A stretch of 64,000 nucleotides of DNA. Origin: an uncultured delta proteobacterium. GTDB lineage: Bacteria; Desulfobacterota; SM23-61. Where the stretch lies: assembly GCA_963712535.1 (NCBI GenBank), contig CAVQIK010000017.1, forward strand, positions 2,451 through 66,450, in the 5' to 3' direction. Made by a program: the position numbers and the translations under genes. Below are positions 1 to 10,028 of this stretch, piece by piece (the first letter of the stretch is position 1; each line of letters opens with the position of its first letter). Under the pieces are notes generated by a model. The model did no database searches, had not been told where the DNA came from, and saw only the letters and a program-made list of their open reading frames with translations.

Positions 1-455
1 CGGCATCGAAATGACCTGACGGGAAAGAGAGGCACTCGGCGTCCCCCTGGACGTAATCGACCCATCCCGAGACCGAGGCCATTTTCACCTTGGGCCGGCC
101 TCCTTCGATCATGGCCCGGTTGATGTCGTAAAGGATGACCCGGCCTTCCGGGCCCACGGCCCTGGCTGCCAGGATGGAGAGGTCCGCGGTCCCGCCGCAC
201 ACGTCAAGAACCCGATCTCCCGGCGCCAGGCGCATTCGTTCCACGGCCCATCTTTTCCAGAGGTAGTGCAGGCCGAAGCTCAGCACCGTGTTCATGAAAT
301 CGTATTTCCGGGCGATGGAGTTGAAGTGCCGCAGGACATAGCGGAACTTCTCCCGGGCCGGGACCTTGCGGTATCCGAAGTGGGTCAGCTCTTCGTCGGA
401 ATTGCCGCGGTCGGAAGGCGGACGGAGCGGGGGAGAGGGGGGGAGAATAGCTCAG
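1..455 (-). CDS. ubiE: UbiE/MenG-family SAM-dependent methyltransferase (runs off window start; start codon uncertain)
   Basis: Not in the ORF track. Manual translation gives THFGYRKVPAREKFRYVLRHFNSIARKYDFMNTVLSFGLHYLWKRWAV...PGDRVLDVCGGTADL. There is no in-frame ATG after the upstream TGA. A CTG behind AGGAGAG, with an indel in the C-run at ~431-443, is the likely start. Confidence 0.85.
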
Positions 456-1354
456 GGGCTTACTCTCCTTGCCACGGGATCGGTCTCCTCCGGGATCTTG
501 CCCAGCAGGCTCGCCAGTTCAAATCCCGCTTCCCGGAACAGAGGCCGGAGGTAGGCCAACGTCTCCCGGCCGGCTTCCACGGGCGCATCCGGATAGGTGT
601 AAAGCTCCAGGCTGAGGTCCCCTTCATACCCGGATTTCCGGATGGCGCGGAGAATACCCCGAAAATCGAGCGCTCCCTTCCCCGGGATGAGATGATGGTG
701 AAGCCGCGTCGCGGCGATATCCTCCACGTGAACATGCCCCACCCAGGGCAGGAGATCCTGGAAAGCCCGGACCGGATCTTCGCCGGCGCAGTAGAAATGG
801 CCGATATCGAAATTCAGCCCCACGATGGGGGACCGGATCTCCCGGATGAATTCCATAAACTCGCGAGTGTTTTCCATGAGCAAGCGGGGCTCGGGTTCCA
901 CGAGAACTCTTACCTTCAGCTTTTCGGCTTGGGGAATGACTCTTTCCAGCCCTCCGTAAAACAAAGAAAAAGCTTGATCCCGGGACATCCCCTGGAGAGG
1001 ACCGCCCGGAGGAATCGAGATGTTGCGGCAGCCAAGATAGGAAGCGATTCTCAGACATTCCATGGTGTGTTGAATCCGGATCTCCCGCCGTTTCTCCTCA
1101 GGCTCAATCCAGGAAGGGAGATACGTGTCGCCAACCGCGAACAAGGTGAAGCTGTTCAGGTTGGTGATCGAAAGTCCATTCCTCTCGATCAACTGTTTCA
1201 GCTGCGCGAGCTTTTCCGGACCGAAGTCGGGCGGGTAGAGGTGGGGCCGGTCCCCCATGATTTCGATTCCGCCGAAACCCAGGCGGGAGATCTTTTCCAC
1301 CGCCTCGAAAAGGGAAAATTTCACGAAGGCGTTGGTGCTGTAACCGAAGGTCAT
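452..1354 (-). CDS. Sugar phosphate isomerase/epimerase (xylose isomerase-like TIM barrel)
   Basis: Motifs GFGGIEI, VEPEP, NFDIGH, HVHVED, LSLELY. Confidence 0.9.
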   Translation of the reverse strand: MTFGYSTNAFVKFSLFEAVEKISRLGFGGIEIMGDRPHLYPPDFGPEKLAQLKQLIERNGLSITNLNSFTLFAVGDTYLPSWIEPEEKRREIRIQHTMECLRIASYLGCRNISIPPGGPLQGMSRDQAFSLFYGGLERVIPQAEKLKVRVLVEPEPRLLMENTREFMEFIREIRSPIVGLNFDIGHFYCAGEDPVRAFQDLLPWVGHVHVEDIAATRLHHHLIPGKGALDFRGILRAIRKSGYEGDLSLELYTYPDAPVEAGRETLAYLRPLFREAGFELASLLGKIPEETDPVARRVSP

Positions 1355-1370
1355 TTAAACTCCCTTTCTT

Positions 1371-1436
1371 CGGGGTCGCCGTCGGAATCGCAATCGGAAT
1401 CGAATTCGATACCGATCCCGACCCCGAACCCGACCG
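1371..1436. repeat. Hexamer-built imperfect palindrome (TCGGAA/TCGGGA ... CGATCC/CGACCC)
   Basis: Intergenic; related to the copy at 11143-11215. Confidence 0.6.
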
Positions 1437-1461
1437 ATCGACACCGCCGCTGGTCCCGGGA

Positions 1462-2662
1462 TTACCGTTCCGCTGAGCAAAATGCCGCCAATTCATCCAG
1501 CTTGGCGAGCTGGTCCTGAAAAGTCACCGGCGGATTCGACGCCGAGCGGCTTCTTGAAATAGAAAGCCAATTCCGGGACCAGGCCGGAACGGCCGGCCGA
1601 CTGCAGGCATACCATCCACCTTGCCAGGTCGATGACCAGCGGAGCCGCGAGAACAGAATCCCGGGCGAGGAGGTTCAAGCGGAGGCTCATGGGCAGGCCG
1701 AAGAGACCCGAAAAATCTATCACATCCCAGGCCTCCTTGGAGTCCCCGCGCGGAGGATAATAATCGATTACCACCTTGTGGGCAGGAGCGCCGTTCTGAC
1801 CGCCCACAGGATATCCGAGGACCTCCTCCAGGATCTCCGTTTTGTTGGCCAGCTTCCCCGCAGCCCGTTTCGGGTCGGCCAGGTTTCTGCCGTCTTCGTT
1901 TCCCAGGATGTTCAAGCTGTACCACCCGTCCACCCGAAGGCTCCGCGCTTTCAGGGCGGAGGCCAGGACGACCTTTAAATAAGTTTGACCGGTTTTCCCG
2001 TCGCGCCCGCAGAGGGGGACGCCGGCCTTGGCCGCCTCGCTCACCAGGAAAGGGAGTTCGATTACGTTCGGGGTAAAATTCACGACGGGAACGCCCGAGA
2101 GGATGGCCGCAGTCCCGTAAACAAGATCGGGAAAGGCCGCCGGGTTGGCCCGGGAATAAAGCTCATCCATCCGGCTGCATTCTCCGGGGTTGAGGGATTC
2201 GCAGGCCGGAAGGAGGTTGATGAGAACCGGGCGGGTCCCGGGATACATCTTCTTGAAATCCTGGATGTCCCGGCACAATCGTTCGACCTGCGCCGGGAAA
2301 GAAAGCTCTTCGAAAGGCGCTCGCCGGACCTGGAATGCTTCTAGAAGTTCTTCAAGGGGCCGCACCGTCTCGGGAGGGAGGACGCGGTGATATTCAAAAG
2401 CTTCTCTCAGGGAGCGGGGAGTGACATCCCACCCGGCAAACTCCATCTCCCCCGGGGATCCCAGCCCTTCGAAGCAGGCCGCGGTGGTCAGGCAGGGCTG
2501 GAGCGATTCCGCGTTCTTTTTGAACCCGGCGACGGCAGCCGCGACAGTGGACCCGACGGCCCCTTTCGCGCCCGCCACGAGAAGGAGCGGCGGTTTGCGG
2601 AATACCGGCTTATCCATTACACAAGCCTCGTCTCTGAAGGTCCCACTTCTTCTTTCCGTCAT
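1462..2662 (-). CDS. myo-inositol-1-phosphate synthase family protein (frameshift near 3' end)
   Basis: Motifs GAKGAVG, NFTP, GRDGKTGQT, WYSLNILGNEDG, DSVLAAPL, FYFKKP. A shifted frame near 1535 continues NPPVTFQDQLAKLDELAAFCSAER* to 1462. Confidence 0.85.
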
Positions 2663-2810
2663 CTAAACAATAGGTGTTATAGGTAGAGTAAGCTAGTTGG
2701 TCTGTTTCTTTTCAGAATAAAGGAAACGGGAGCCTTTTTCAATCTTCGAAATAGGCAGGAGAGGAAATGCCATGGCCAGCCGAACAGATGTAGGTCTCAG
2801 GAGAGGAAGA

Positions 2811-2990
2811 ATGGTGCAGGTTTCCGCTTTACTGACCGTACCCGAGTCGGCCAGATACCTGGGGGTCGGGCGCAGGAAGATCTATGAACTCATCGAATGG
2901 GGGGAGCTTAAGGCGGTCAAGCTGGGGCACTCCATACAAATCGAAAAGGAGAGTCTCGACCGCTTCAGGGAAAGCGGGAAAATGACGTAG
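2811..2990 (+). CDS. Excisionase-like HTH_17 DNA-binding protein
   Basis: LLTVPESARYLGVGRRKIYELIEWGELKAVKLG; RBS AGGAGAGG before ATG 2811. Confidence 0.8.
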   Translation: MVQVSALLTVPESARYLGVGRRKIYELIEWGELKAVKLGHSIQIEKESLDRFRESGKMT

Positions 2991-3316
2991 CAAACGTGAG
3001 AGGGAATTGCTCACAGCGGGGTAATGCCTACATTGACCTGCCTCGCTGAATCCAGGGCGATTCGGAGCCGGTCAATTCGCTTCATTCCATTCTGGAGCTT
3101 CCACCGCGATATTTTCAGTCAGCACCAAGGTAAATCGGAAAAATTTTGATGGATGCGGGGGATCGGCGGAGATGAATCCCGGGGTTTCCGGAGGACGGGA
3201 TCGGAGGCCCGGGACTGGGGGTAATGTTCACTGGCGGGGATTTCGGGCGGTTCAGCAGGGCGGGGGAAAGAAGCACCCGGGGCGACACGAGGGCGGGGTT
3301 CCGTCCCCGCTCCACT

Positions 3317-4711
3317 CTAATATTTGCGGGAGGCACGATGAATGCGGTAGAGGGCAGAGAGGGCTTTTACCGCCGCCTCCGGTGAAGAGACGGTGGCGAC
3401 GGCTTCTCCGCAAAGCTCCTTGATGTGTTCGGTCCACCGCTCGTGACCGAGCAGCACGGCAACCGCGGGCTTTCCGCTGGCCTGTTCCCTCAGCACCGGC
3501 CAGTCGCCGAGCATGTCTTTGGCCTTTGCTCCAAGGCGCATGTAGATTTCGATCGCGGCAAAAGGGATCACCGGGACCAGGATGAAGCCGTCCGCGCCCG
3601 GGTCGGCGAATATTTCCCGGCACGCTGCGGGAAAGATCCCGCTCGGGCCGACATCCAGGGGATTCTTTATGTTGACCCAGCCGGGGGCCCGGGACCGTAT
3701 TCCTTTTACCGTATTCTCCTGCCAGCGGGCCAGTTCCATCCCTTCCAGGTAAGCGGCGTCCGCGGTCATGGCCCCAAGAGAACCCGAGGTGGTCAGCACT
3801 CCTATTTTTTTCCCGGCCATGGGCGGCTGGGTCGTCAGGACCCGGGCAATCTCAACCATCTCCTGCAGGCTCGAGGCCCGGACTGCCCCTGCCTGGCGAA
3901 ACGCAGCGTCGTAGAGACGGTCCTCTCCCGAGAGGCTGGCGGTGTGCGAAAGGGTGGCCTCCCGGCCGTAAGGGGTCCTGCCGCTCTTCAGCACGATCAC
4001 CGGTTTTCTCCGGCAGGCGTTCTGGAGCGCGTGCATCAAACGCCGCCCGTCCCGGGTCCCCTCCGCGTAAATCAGGATCACCCGGGTCTCCGCGTCGGCG
4101 ACGAAATATTCAAGCAGGTCAGCTTCGTCGAGGTCGATCTTGTTCCCAAGGGTGGCCACTTTGCTGATCTTGAGCCCCGCGGCCGGGAGATGGTCGAGGA
4201 GGATGTTCCCGAAGACTCCGCTCTGGGCGATGATGGCCACGGGACCGGGCTCCATGGATGCGTCCATGATTTCGATGGTCGCGAACTTTTCCCGGGTGTT
4301 CACCACGCCCACGCAGTTGGGGCCGATCAGCCGGATGCCCATCTCCCGGGCGAGGAGGGCGATCTCGTCCTGCTTTTTCTTTCCTTCTTCTCCGGTTTCG
4401 GCGAATCCTGCGGTCTCGATGATCGCCGCCCGAACTCCTTTCGCGCCCAATTCGACGAGTACCTGGCGCACCGCGGCGGAAGGGACGAGGATCACCGCGA
4501 GGTCAATCCCGTCGGGCAGCTCGGCGATCGACCGGTGCGCCTCTTTTCCGTGGATCTGGCCCCCCTTGGGGTTCACCAGGAAAGCCCGATCCAACCAGCC
4601 GTGCTTCTTCCAGAACAGGGGAATCCCGTACCCGAACCCCGGCGTGGTTGTGGCGCCGATCAGGGCGATGGATTTCGGTCGGAAAAATTTATCCAGAATA
4701 CTTTCTTCCAC
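3317..4711 (-). CDS. Acyl-CoA synthetase (NDP-forming) alpha subunit / CoA-binding protein
   Basis: Motifs PKSIALIGA, GPNCVG, AQSG, LGNKIDLDE, SHTASL (phospho-His), NPLD. Confidence 0.9.
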   Translation of the reverse strand: MEESILDKFFRPKSIALIGATTTPGFGYGIPLFWKKHGWLDRAFLVNPKGGQIHGKEAHRSIAELPDGIDLAVILVPSAAVRQVLVELGAKGVRAAIIETAGFAETGEEGKKKQDEIALLAREMGIRLIGPNCVGVVNTREKFATIEIMDASMEPGPVAIIAQSGVFGNILLDHLPAAGLKISKVATLGNKIDLDEADLLEYFVADAETRVILIYAEGTRDGRRLMHALQNACRRKPVIVLKSGRTPYGREATLSHTASLSGEDRLYDAAFRQAGAVRASSLQEMVEIARVLTTQPPMAGKKIGVLTTSGSLGAMTADAAYLEGMELARWQENTVKGIRSRAPGWVNIKNPLDVGPSGIFPAACREIFADPGADGFILVPVIPFAAIEIYMRLGAKAKDMLGDWPVLREQASGKPAVAVLLGHERWTEHIKELCGEAVATVSSPEAAVKALSALYRIHRASRKY

Positions 4712-4768
4712 CCATTCTCCTCCCGTGGAATCTCAGTACTTGCATCCATCCTTTGTATCTTCTTTTAA

Positions 4769-5250
4769 GGATCATCTCCCATTTAGTTGAGGAAAACAGG
4801 GCGGTATAGTTAAATTGTTCTGTGATTCCAGGGGCCCGAAAGAAAAGCCAGATTGCGCCACAATCATGAGGCACGTATCCCTACTTGGTTCTGGCGGGGG
4901 TGTTCCTCTATCCTCTGAACCCATGCTTTTCATGCCCCCGCTGGGCTTTGCGGAAGACCATTCATTCCTTTGATTGAAGCTCTATCCCGCCAATGCTTGT
5001 GGCCCAATCTGGCTTTTCTTCCGGGCCCTTGTGAGGCTTTCAGTGAATATTCGATCAACTATAGTGAACGTCATAAATAATTTGTCATCGCCAACTCAAC
5101 TCCAATGACCTGTGGGCTGCAGAAATCCCCCCGCGCCCCCCTTTATTAAAGGGGGGTTGGAAGGATTTCGGGAGATGACTGGCTTGATCCCCGTGGTTCT
5201 CTGTTAACGTCGACTTACTTCTGTCGTCTCCTATAAATGGGAGATGATCT
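4769..5250 (+). mobile_element. 310-bp MITE family A, copy 1 (interrupted by a nested family B MITE)
   Basis: TIR GGATCATCTCCCATTT / AAATGGGAGATGATCT; flanks TCTTTTAA / TCTTTTTA (7/8 TSD); homologous to 14377, 47721 and 56546. Confidence 0.85.
5062..5233 (+). mobile_element. 172-bp TA-targeting MITE family B (IS630-like) with internal REP hairpin
   Basis: TA duplicated at 5060-61 and 5234-35; removing it restores the family A end CAACTAAAT; near-identical reverse copy at 23488-23659. Confidence 0.85.
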
Positions 5251-5406
5251 TCTTTTTATAAGCGGAGAGCGATCGAATTGTCAAATGGCGGGACTCCCTT
5301 TGTTCGAGCCGGCGCAAACGGAGACGGGAAGAACGGCAGAGCACGACCGGGCCGGGTTTTCTTTCCGGAGGTGAACGGCGCGGCCGGCTTTGGGCGACCT
5401 CGTGGA

Positions 5407-6280
5407 CTACAGTCCTCTCAGGAATTCAGGGCGCAAGAGGGATGGGTCTTTCGCGGAAGCGACTTTCCGGATTAAAGCGACCACGGCGTCCTTATCCCTG
5501 GGCAATCGCGCCTTGATGGGCAGGTAGTTGGAAGCGTGATTGGAAGTAAAGTAGCAGCGGCTGAAATTGGAATGGCCGACGATCGTGCCGAGTTCTTCCA
5601 GGAGTTGAAAAGGGGAGGGGAGTCTGAAACTCTCCCGCTTTCATCTCATCATCGAGGGGCGTCCCCGGAACGACCATCAGGGTGAGGGCGCTGGCAAAAT
5701 CAGGATCGATGTCGGAGAGGACTCGGGCCGTGGCCCGCGCGTGCCGCTGCCCGCCTTCCACCCCGCCGAGCCCCAGGAGAACCGTTGCCGAAAGAGTGAT
5801 TCCGGCTTCCTTCACCCGTCTCCCCGCCTCGACCATCTGCTCGTAAGACGCCCCTTTCCGTATTTTCTCCAGCAGGGCCGGGTCCCCGGTCTCCACCCCC
5901 AGGTAGACGATCCCCAGCTTTCGTTCCTTCAAGGCTTTCAATTCCTCGACGCTCTTGCGCAGGATGCTCTTGGCGTTCCCGTAAACGCCCACCCGCCGTA
6001 AGCCGGTAAGTTTCTCGTTTAGATGGTCCAGGATGGCCACCAGCTTCGGCTGGGGGATGATCAGGGCGTCTCCATCAGCCAGGAAAACCTTCCGGAAAGG
6101 GCCGTACGGGGCCGCCTCATCGATCTCCTGTTTGATAAGCTCGAGGTCCTTGATGCGAAAGCGGCGGCCTTTGTAAGTGGGGCAGAACGTGCAACGGTTG
6201 TGCGAGCACCCCAGGGTGACCTGGAGGATCAGGCTTTCCGCCTCGCTGGGCGGCCGAATGACGATTCCTTCGTATTGCAT
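5407..6280 (-). CDS. Radical SAM protein (frameshift ~5612)
   Basis: CSHNRCTFC motif, FLADGDAL, YLGVETG. The shifted frame continues FTSNHASNYLPIKARLP...RPEFLRGL* to 5407. Confidence 0.85.
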
Positions 6281-6479
6281 TTTTGAAATCCGTGAGAAGC
6301 GAGTAGTGATTTTGAGGGGTCAACTTTCAAAATCTTAACTTTCTTTCAGGAAATTGGCAATGACGAGAGAAAGGATTCAGGCGTCGGGGCGAAGGTTTCC
6401 ATCTTTTCTTGTCCGGATTCCCGGCTGCTGATTTCGGGCTTTTACCCCTTGCGCTCTCGCGCCCTCGCGCCTCGCGGTT

Positions 6480-7385
6480 TTAGTTGAGTCTTCCTTCCTT
6501 CTTCAGCCGTCCCAGGATCTCGTTTATTTTGGGAAGGGCTTCGACAGCCGCTTTCTCTCCTTCCAGGATCGCCTCGTGTCTCTTGGAAAAATCGCTGGAA
6601 GCGATGTGGCCCACCCTGGGCCTCAGGAGGACGTCCGCCCTGGAGCACTGGAGGCTGACCAGCTGGGAGTACATGATGCTCACCGCCTGAAGGATGGTCT
6701 CCACGGTATTCTCCGGTTTCGGGCTCTCCAGGTCCGAGGAGATGTCGACCGCGATCACGACGTCCGCGCCGAATCTTCTTGCGGCATCCACCGGTACCGG
6801 GCTGACAACCCCCCCGTCCACATAGAAGCGGTCCCCGATTCTTACCGGCCGGAAGATTCCCGGGGTGGAGCAGCTCGCCCTCACCGCGGCTCCCGTGTTC
6901 CCTTTTCCAAAGACGACCTCCTGCCCGCTTTGAATGTCCGCGGCGACCGCGTAAAAGGGGATGTTCAACTTCTCGAGAGGAGTGTTCCTGACCGTCCTGT
7001 TCACATAGTCGGCGAGCCTGATCCCTTGAACAAAGCCGTTGTCCGGAATGATGTAATCGACAATGTCCCCTTTATCCACCGAAAGCGCCAGGCTCTGGAG
7101 CTGAAAAGCGTCGAGACCGTAAGCATAGAAACTGCCGACCAGGCTGCCGGCGCTCGTCCCCACGATCATGTGAATGGGGACTCTGTGAGACTCCAGGACT
7201 TTCAATACCCCGATATGGGCGAACCCCTTGGCTGCCCCTGCGCCCAGGACCAGTGCGATTCTGGCCGGCTTGGGTGGAGGAGGGGAAGGGAAAACCGGCG
7301 GGGGCTGAACCTCCCGGTGAGCGCAGGAGGCGAGGAGGAGAAGGGCGGATAAAGATAATAACTTTAGATTCTTGAACACGGTCAT
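6480..7385 (-). CDS. Patatin-like phospholipase (NTE family), lipoprotein
   Basis: GAGAAKG, GTSAG, DGG motifs; LLLASC lipobox. Confidence 0.92.
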   Translation of the reverse strand: MTVFKNLKLLSLSALLLLASCAHREVQPPPVFPSPPPPKPARIALVLGAGAAKGFAHIGVLKVLESHRVPIHMIVGTSAGSLVGSFYAYGLDAFQLQSLALSVDKGDIVDYIIPDNGFVQGIRLADYVNRTVRNTPLEKLNIPFYAVAADIQSGQEVVFGKGNTGAAVRASCSTPGIFRPVRIGDRFYVDGGVVSPVPVDAARRFGADVVIAVDISSDLESPKPENTVETILQAVSIMYSQLVSLQCSRADVLLRPRVGHIASSDFSKRHEAILEGEKAAVEALPKINEILGRLKKEGRLN

Positions 7386-7417
7386 CTCCTTTCCCGGGGA
7401 ATCCCCGGTTCATCCCC

Positions 7418-7445
7418 ATTCTAACGGGAGGGAGGCATTTGTCAA
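7418..7445 (-). promoter_or_regulatory. Putative sigma70 promoter for the patatin gene
   Basis: TTGACA-16 nt-TAGAAT on the minus strand, just upstream of ATG 7385. Confidence 0.55.
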
Positions 7446-7577
7446 TCCTGGTGTGAATTCCCGGGCTCGTCTCCAATCGAGAGACGAAAATCCCAGTTCC
7501 GGCTCCAGGCATCGGCCCCGCACCGCCGGCGGAGGAAAGCCTTTCAACTGGAAGAGCAGGTATGGAATACCCCTCAA

Positions 7578-7593
7578 TGGCATTAAAATTGCA
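7578..7593 (+). promoter_or_regulatory. Putative sigma54 (-24/-12) promoter
   Basis: TGGCATTAAAATTGCA has GG-N10-GC spacing, ~50 bp upstream of ATG 7645. Confidence 0.6.
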
Positions 7594-7644
7594 CAAGTAA
7601 GCCTGATTCCTAAACCCCAGGAAAAAGGAGACCGCAAGCGAGAG

Positions 7645-8892
7645 ATGAAAAAGGGGCTTCTTCAGGTCGCTCTTTTCTCCCTGGCGGGGCTGCTGATCGG
7701 GGCATGCGCGCCGGCCCTGAAAGAGACCCGTCCCGGAGAAATTGCCGACCCCTATTTTCGGCCGAAGAGGGTTTATGCCCTGGATTTCAATCAGGCCTGG
7801 GATTTGACTCTGAAGGCGCTCAGCCGTGAGGGTATTTCTCTCCGGGCGAGCAACAGAGAGACCGGCCTCATCCAGACGGATTACACGAACGTTTCCGCTC
7901 AGGAAAGGAACAGGTGCGCCCTCCGGTGCACCCGGGAGCCTTACCGAAAAACATTCGTTCACATCCTTTGCCGGCGTGAAGCCAGGACGGAAATGAACGA
8001 GCCGTTCAGGGACATCACTTACACCTATCCCCTGGAGGCGATGAAGGCGGAAGAGAATCTTTACCGGAAAATCGAGCCTTACCTCCTTCCCGCGGAGAGG
8101 TCCCCCCGGGTCCAGCAGGAGATGATCGCGAAAGGGGAACTCTCCCCGGCCGCGGTTCCGGTCGTCCCGGCGGCTTTGTTCGGCAAGGAAAACCCCGGGG
8201 CTGTTCCTCTTCTCCGAACCAGCGCAGCCGCCCAAACATCGCTGACCAGCCCTGCCGCTGTTAACCCCCATGCCTCTCCGGTTCACTCGAACGGAGCAGC
8301 GCCGGAACCCGCGCCAGTCCCTCTCGTGAAAGCCGCGAGCGAGGAAAAACCCCGGATCGCCTATGTGAGCACGATCGAAGCCGCGAACGCGAGAAAGGCG
8401 CCGTCCACCCAGGGTCCCCTCCTGACCGTGTTGAAAAAAGGAGAAAGGGCCGAGCGGGTGGGGGTGTCCGGAATTTGGACCAAGGTTAGACTGCTTTCCG
8501 GCGAGGTTGTCTGGATCCACGGCGACTTCTTAAAAGAGGTGGACTCCGGGGAAGCGTCCTCCGGCATCTTCTCCGCGGAAGCCGCGAGGAATAACGGATC
8601 TCCCCGGCCGGTAAAGGAAAATCCCGCGGCGGCGCGGGACAAAGTTCCTCCCGTTTCGCCGGTAAAAACGGAATCCCCTGCCGGGGGAACGGCCGAGTCT
8701 TCAAAGATGAACCTGGAAACCAGGGCCATTACCAGGATGAGAGCCGAGCCGTCTTCGAATTCCAAAGTGGTCCTGGTTTTAAAAAAAGGGAGAGCGGTAG
8801 AAAAAATTGGCGAGTCCGGGGAATATTCGAAGGTAAAGCTGTCCTGGGGAGATACGGGCTGGGTCCTGAACCGGTCGCTCAAAAGCCGCTGA
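7645..8892 (+). CDS. Lipoprotein with BamC-like N-terminal region and two bacterial SH3 domains
   Basis: LLIGAC lipobox; AWDLTLKAL...ETGLIQTD; two SH3b-like repeats (ANARKAPS..LKKGE..WTKV..WI and RMRAEPS..LKKG..YSKV..GWV). Confidence 0.75.
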   Translation: MKKGLLQVALFSLAGLLIGACAPALKETRPGEIADPYFRPKRVYALDFNQAWDLTLKALSREGISLRASNRETGLIQTDYTNVSAQERNRCALRCTREPYRKTFVHILCRREARTEMNEPFRDITYTYPLEAMKAEENLYRKIEPYLLPAERSPRVQQEMIAKGELSPAAVPVVPAALFGKENPGAVPLLRTSAAAQTSLTSPAAVNPHASPVHSNGAAPEPAPVPLVKAASEEKPRIAYVSTIEAANARKAPSTQGPLLTVLKKGERAERVGVSGIWTKVRLLSGEVVWIHGDFLKEVDSGEASSGIFSAEAARNNGSPRPVKENPAAARDKVPPVSPVKTESPAGGTAESSKMNLETRAITRMRAEPSSNSKVVLVLKKGRAVEKIGESGEYSKVKLSWGDTGWVLNRSLKSR

Positions 8893-9018
8893 GCAAATCC
8901 TGCCGGGAGCAAGAGAGAGAACAAGGCAATTTTTGCCCGGGTGGTTCAACGAAGGGCGGCCAGGAGTCCTGACAAATTCGCCGCAGCGTGATTTCCTCCA
9001 AGTGACGTTCACGTTTTT

Positions 9019-9732
9019 TCAGTAATAAGATTTACCGGCTCCGGGCCAGCCCCTTTGGCTGTTTCCCGACCTCTCCAGAGCTCTTCGAGCCAGCTCGCCG
9101 ATGGTCACGGACCTGAACTTCTGATCTTCGTAGATCCTGATCGCGGACTCCTCTTCCAACAGGGCTTCGATTCCGGCCAGATTTCCTTCAATCCTCACCC
9201 GGGCGCCAGCCCACAGGGCGTGGCCTTTGACCATCGGGTCGGGCGAATCCAGGTATGCTTCCAGATACCGGCCGGCGCGGAGAGATGCCGGCAGGGCGGG
9301 GTGGGCCCCCGCCAGGCGCCCCACGCCCCACAGCGCTCCCCGCTGAAGAGGTCCGAACTGCAGGAAATTTTCCCCGGGCTGAACATAGGAAATCAGTATG
9401 GCGGCATATTCCCGGGCTAAAGCGGGTTGGCGGGCCAGGATTTCCCCCATGGCTTCGGGACTTCCCCAGCCGATTCCGCCCGACTCGTCATTCAGGGACC
9501 AGATCAGGCGCCGCAGGATGTTTCTGGCGGGCTCGAGATCTGTCTGGGCGAGGCGGGCGGTGACCATTCCTACTGCCGTTACGGCATGCCATTTGAGTAC
9601 TTCGTCCATGCTGCACAAGGCGGAAAGGAGGCGGCTCAGGGTTCTGGAGGTGGGGAACTCGTTCCAGGCCTCCAGTTGGGCTTCAAAGTCCGGCGATTTT
9701 AAAATCGCGTAGAGTTTTTCTTTCAGGATCAT
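9019..9732 (-). CDS. HEAT/PBS-lyase repeat protein (DVU0298-like)
   Basis: RRLIWSLNDESGGIGWGSPEAMGEI signature. Confidence 0.75.
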   Translation of the reverse strand: MILKEKLYAILKSPDFEAQLEAWNEFPTSRTLSRLLSALCSMDEVLKWHAVTAVGMVTARLAQTDLEPARNILRRLIWSLNDESGGIGWGSPEAMGEILARQPALAREYAAILISYVQPGENFLQFGPLQRGALWGVGRLAGAHPALPASLRAGRYLEAYLDSPDPMVKGHALWAGARVRIEGNLAGIEALLEEESAIRIYEDQKFRSVTIGELARRALERSGNSQRGWPGAGKSYY

Positions 9733-9785
9733 CGTCCATGTGGTTCAAGGTCGAAAGACCAGCGCAGGGAATTGTGCTTTGATTA

Positions 9786-9938
9786 TAGTGAACGGCTTAA
9801 GTAAGTCGACATCCAGTTGCCTCTTATTGACTTATGTCTCGCCGTAAAATCCCCCCTGCCCCCCTTTGATAAAGGGGGGTTTGGGGGGATTTACCAGGGA
9901 TTGCCCATGCAATGTCCACTTTCTTTGGTCGGGCACTA
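9786..9938 (+). mobile_element. MITE family B variant (153 bp) with internal REP hairpin
   Basis: TA|TAGTGAACGGC...GGGCACTA|TA; internal AATCCCCCCTGCCCCCCTTTGATAAAGGGGGG. Confidence 0.75.
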
Positions 9939-9940
9939 TA

Positions 9941-9968
9941 GTAGGGGCGATTCATGAATCGCCCCTAC
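9941..9968. repeat. GTAG-type REP
   Basis: GTAGGGGCGATTCATGAATCGCCCCTAC, a perfect palindrome. Confidence 0.85.
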
Positions 9969-10028
9969 GATCTATCCGCGCTCAATTTCGGGCGGGGTGC
10001 CCTTCTTTCATTCCTCAAGGAACAGGGA

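Noticed and set aside
430-460. In-frame TGA between the isomerase and UbiE genes as selenocysteine or readthrough
   Set aside because: No Cys-equivalent context. An RBS and CTG overlap the stop, and an adjacent C-run indel explains the frame.
2811-2990. Prophage/ICE boundary at the excisionase-like gene
   Set aside because: No integrase, tRNA or att repeat visible nearby.
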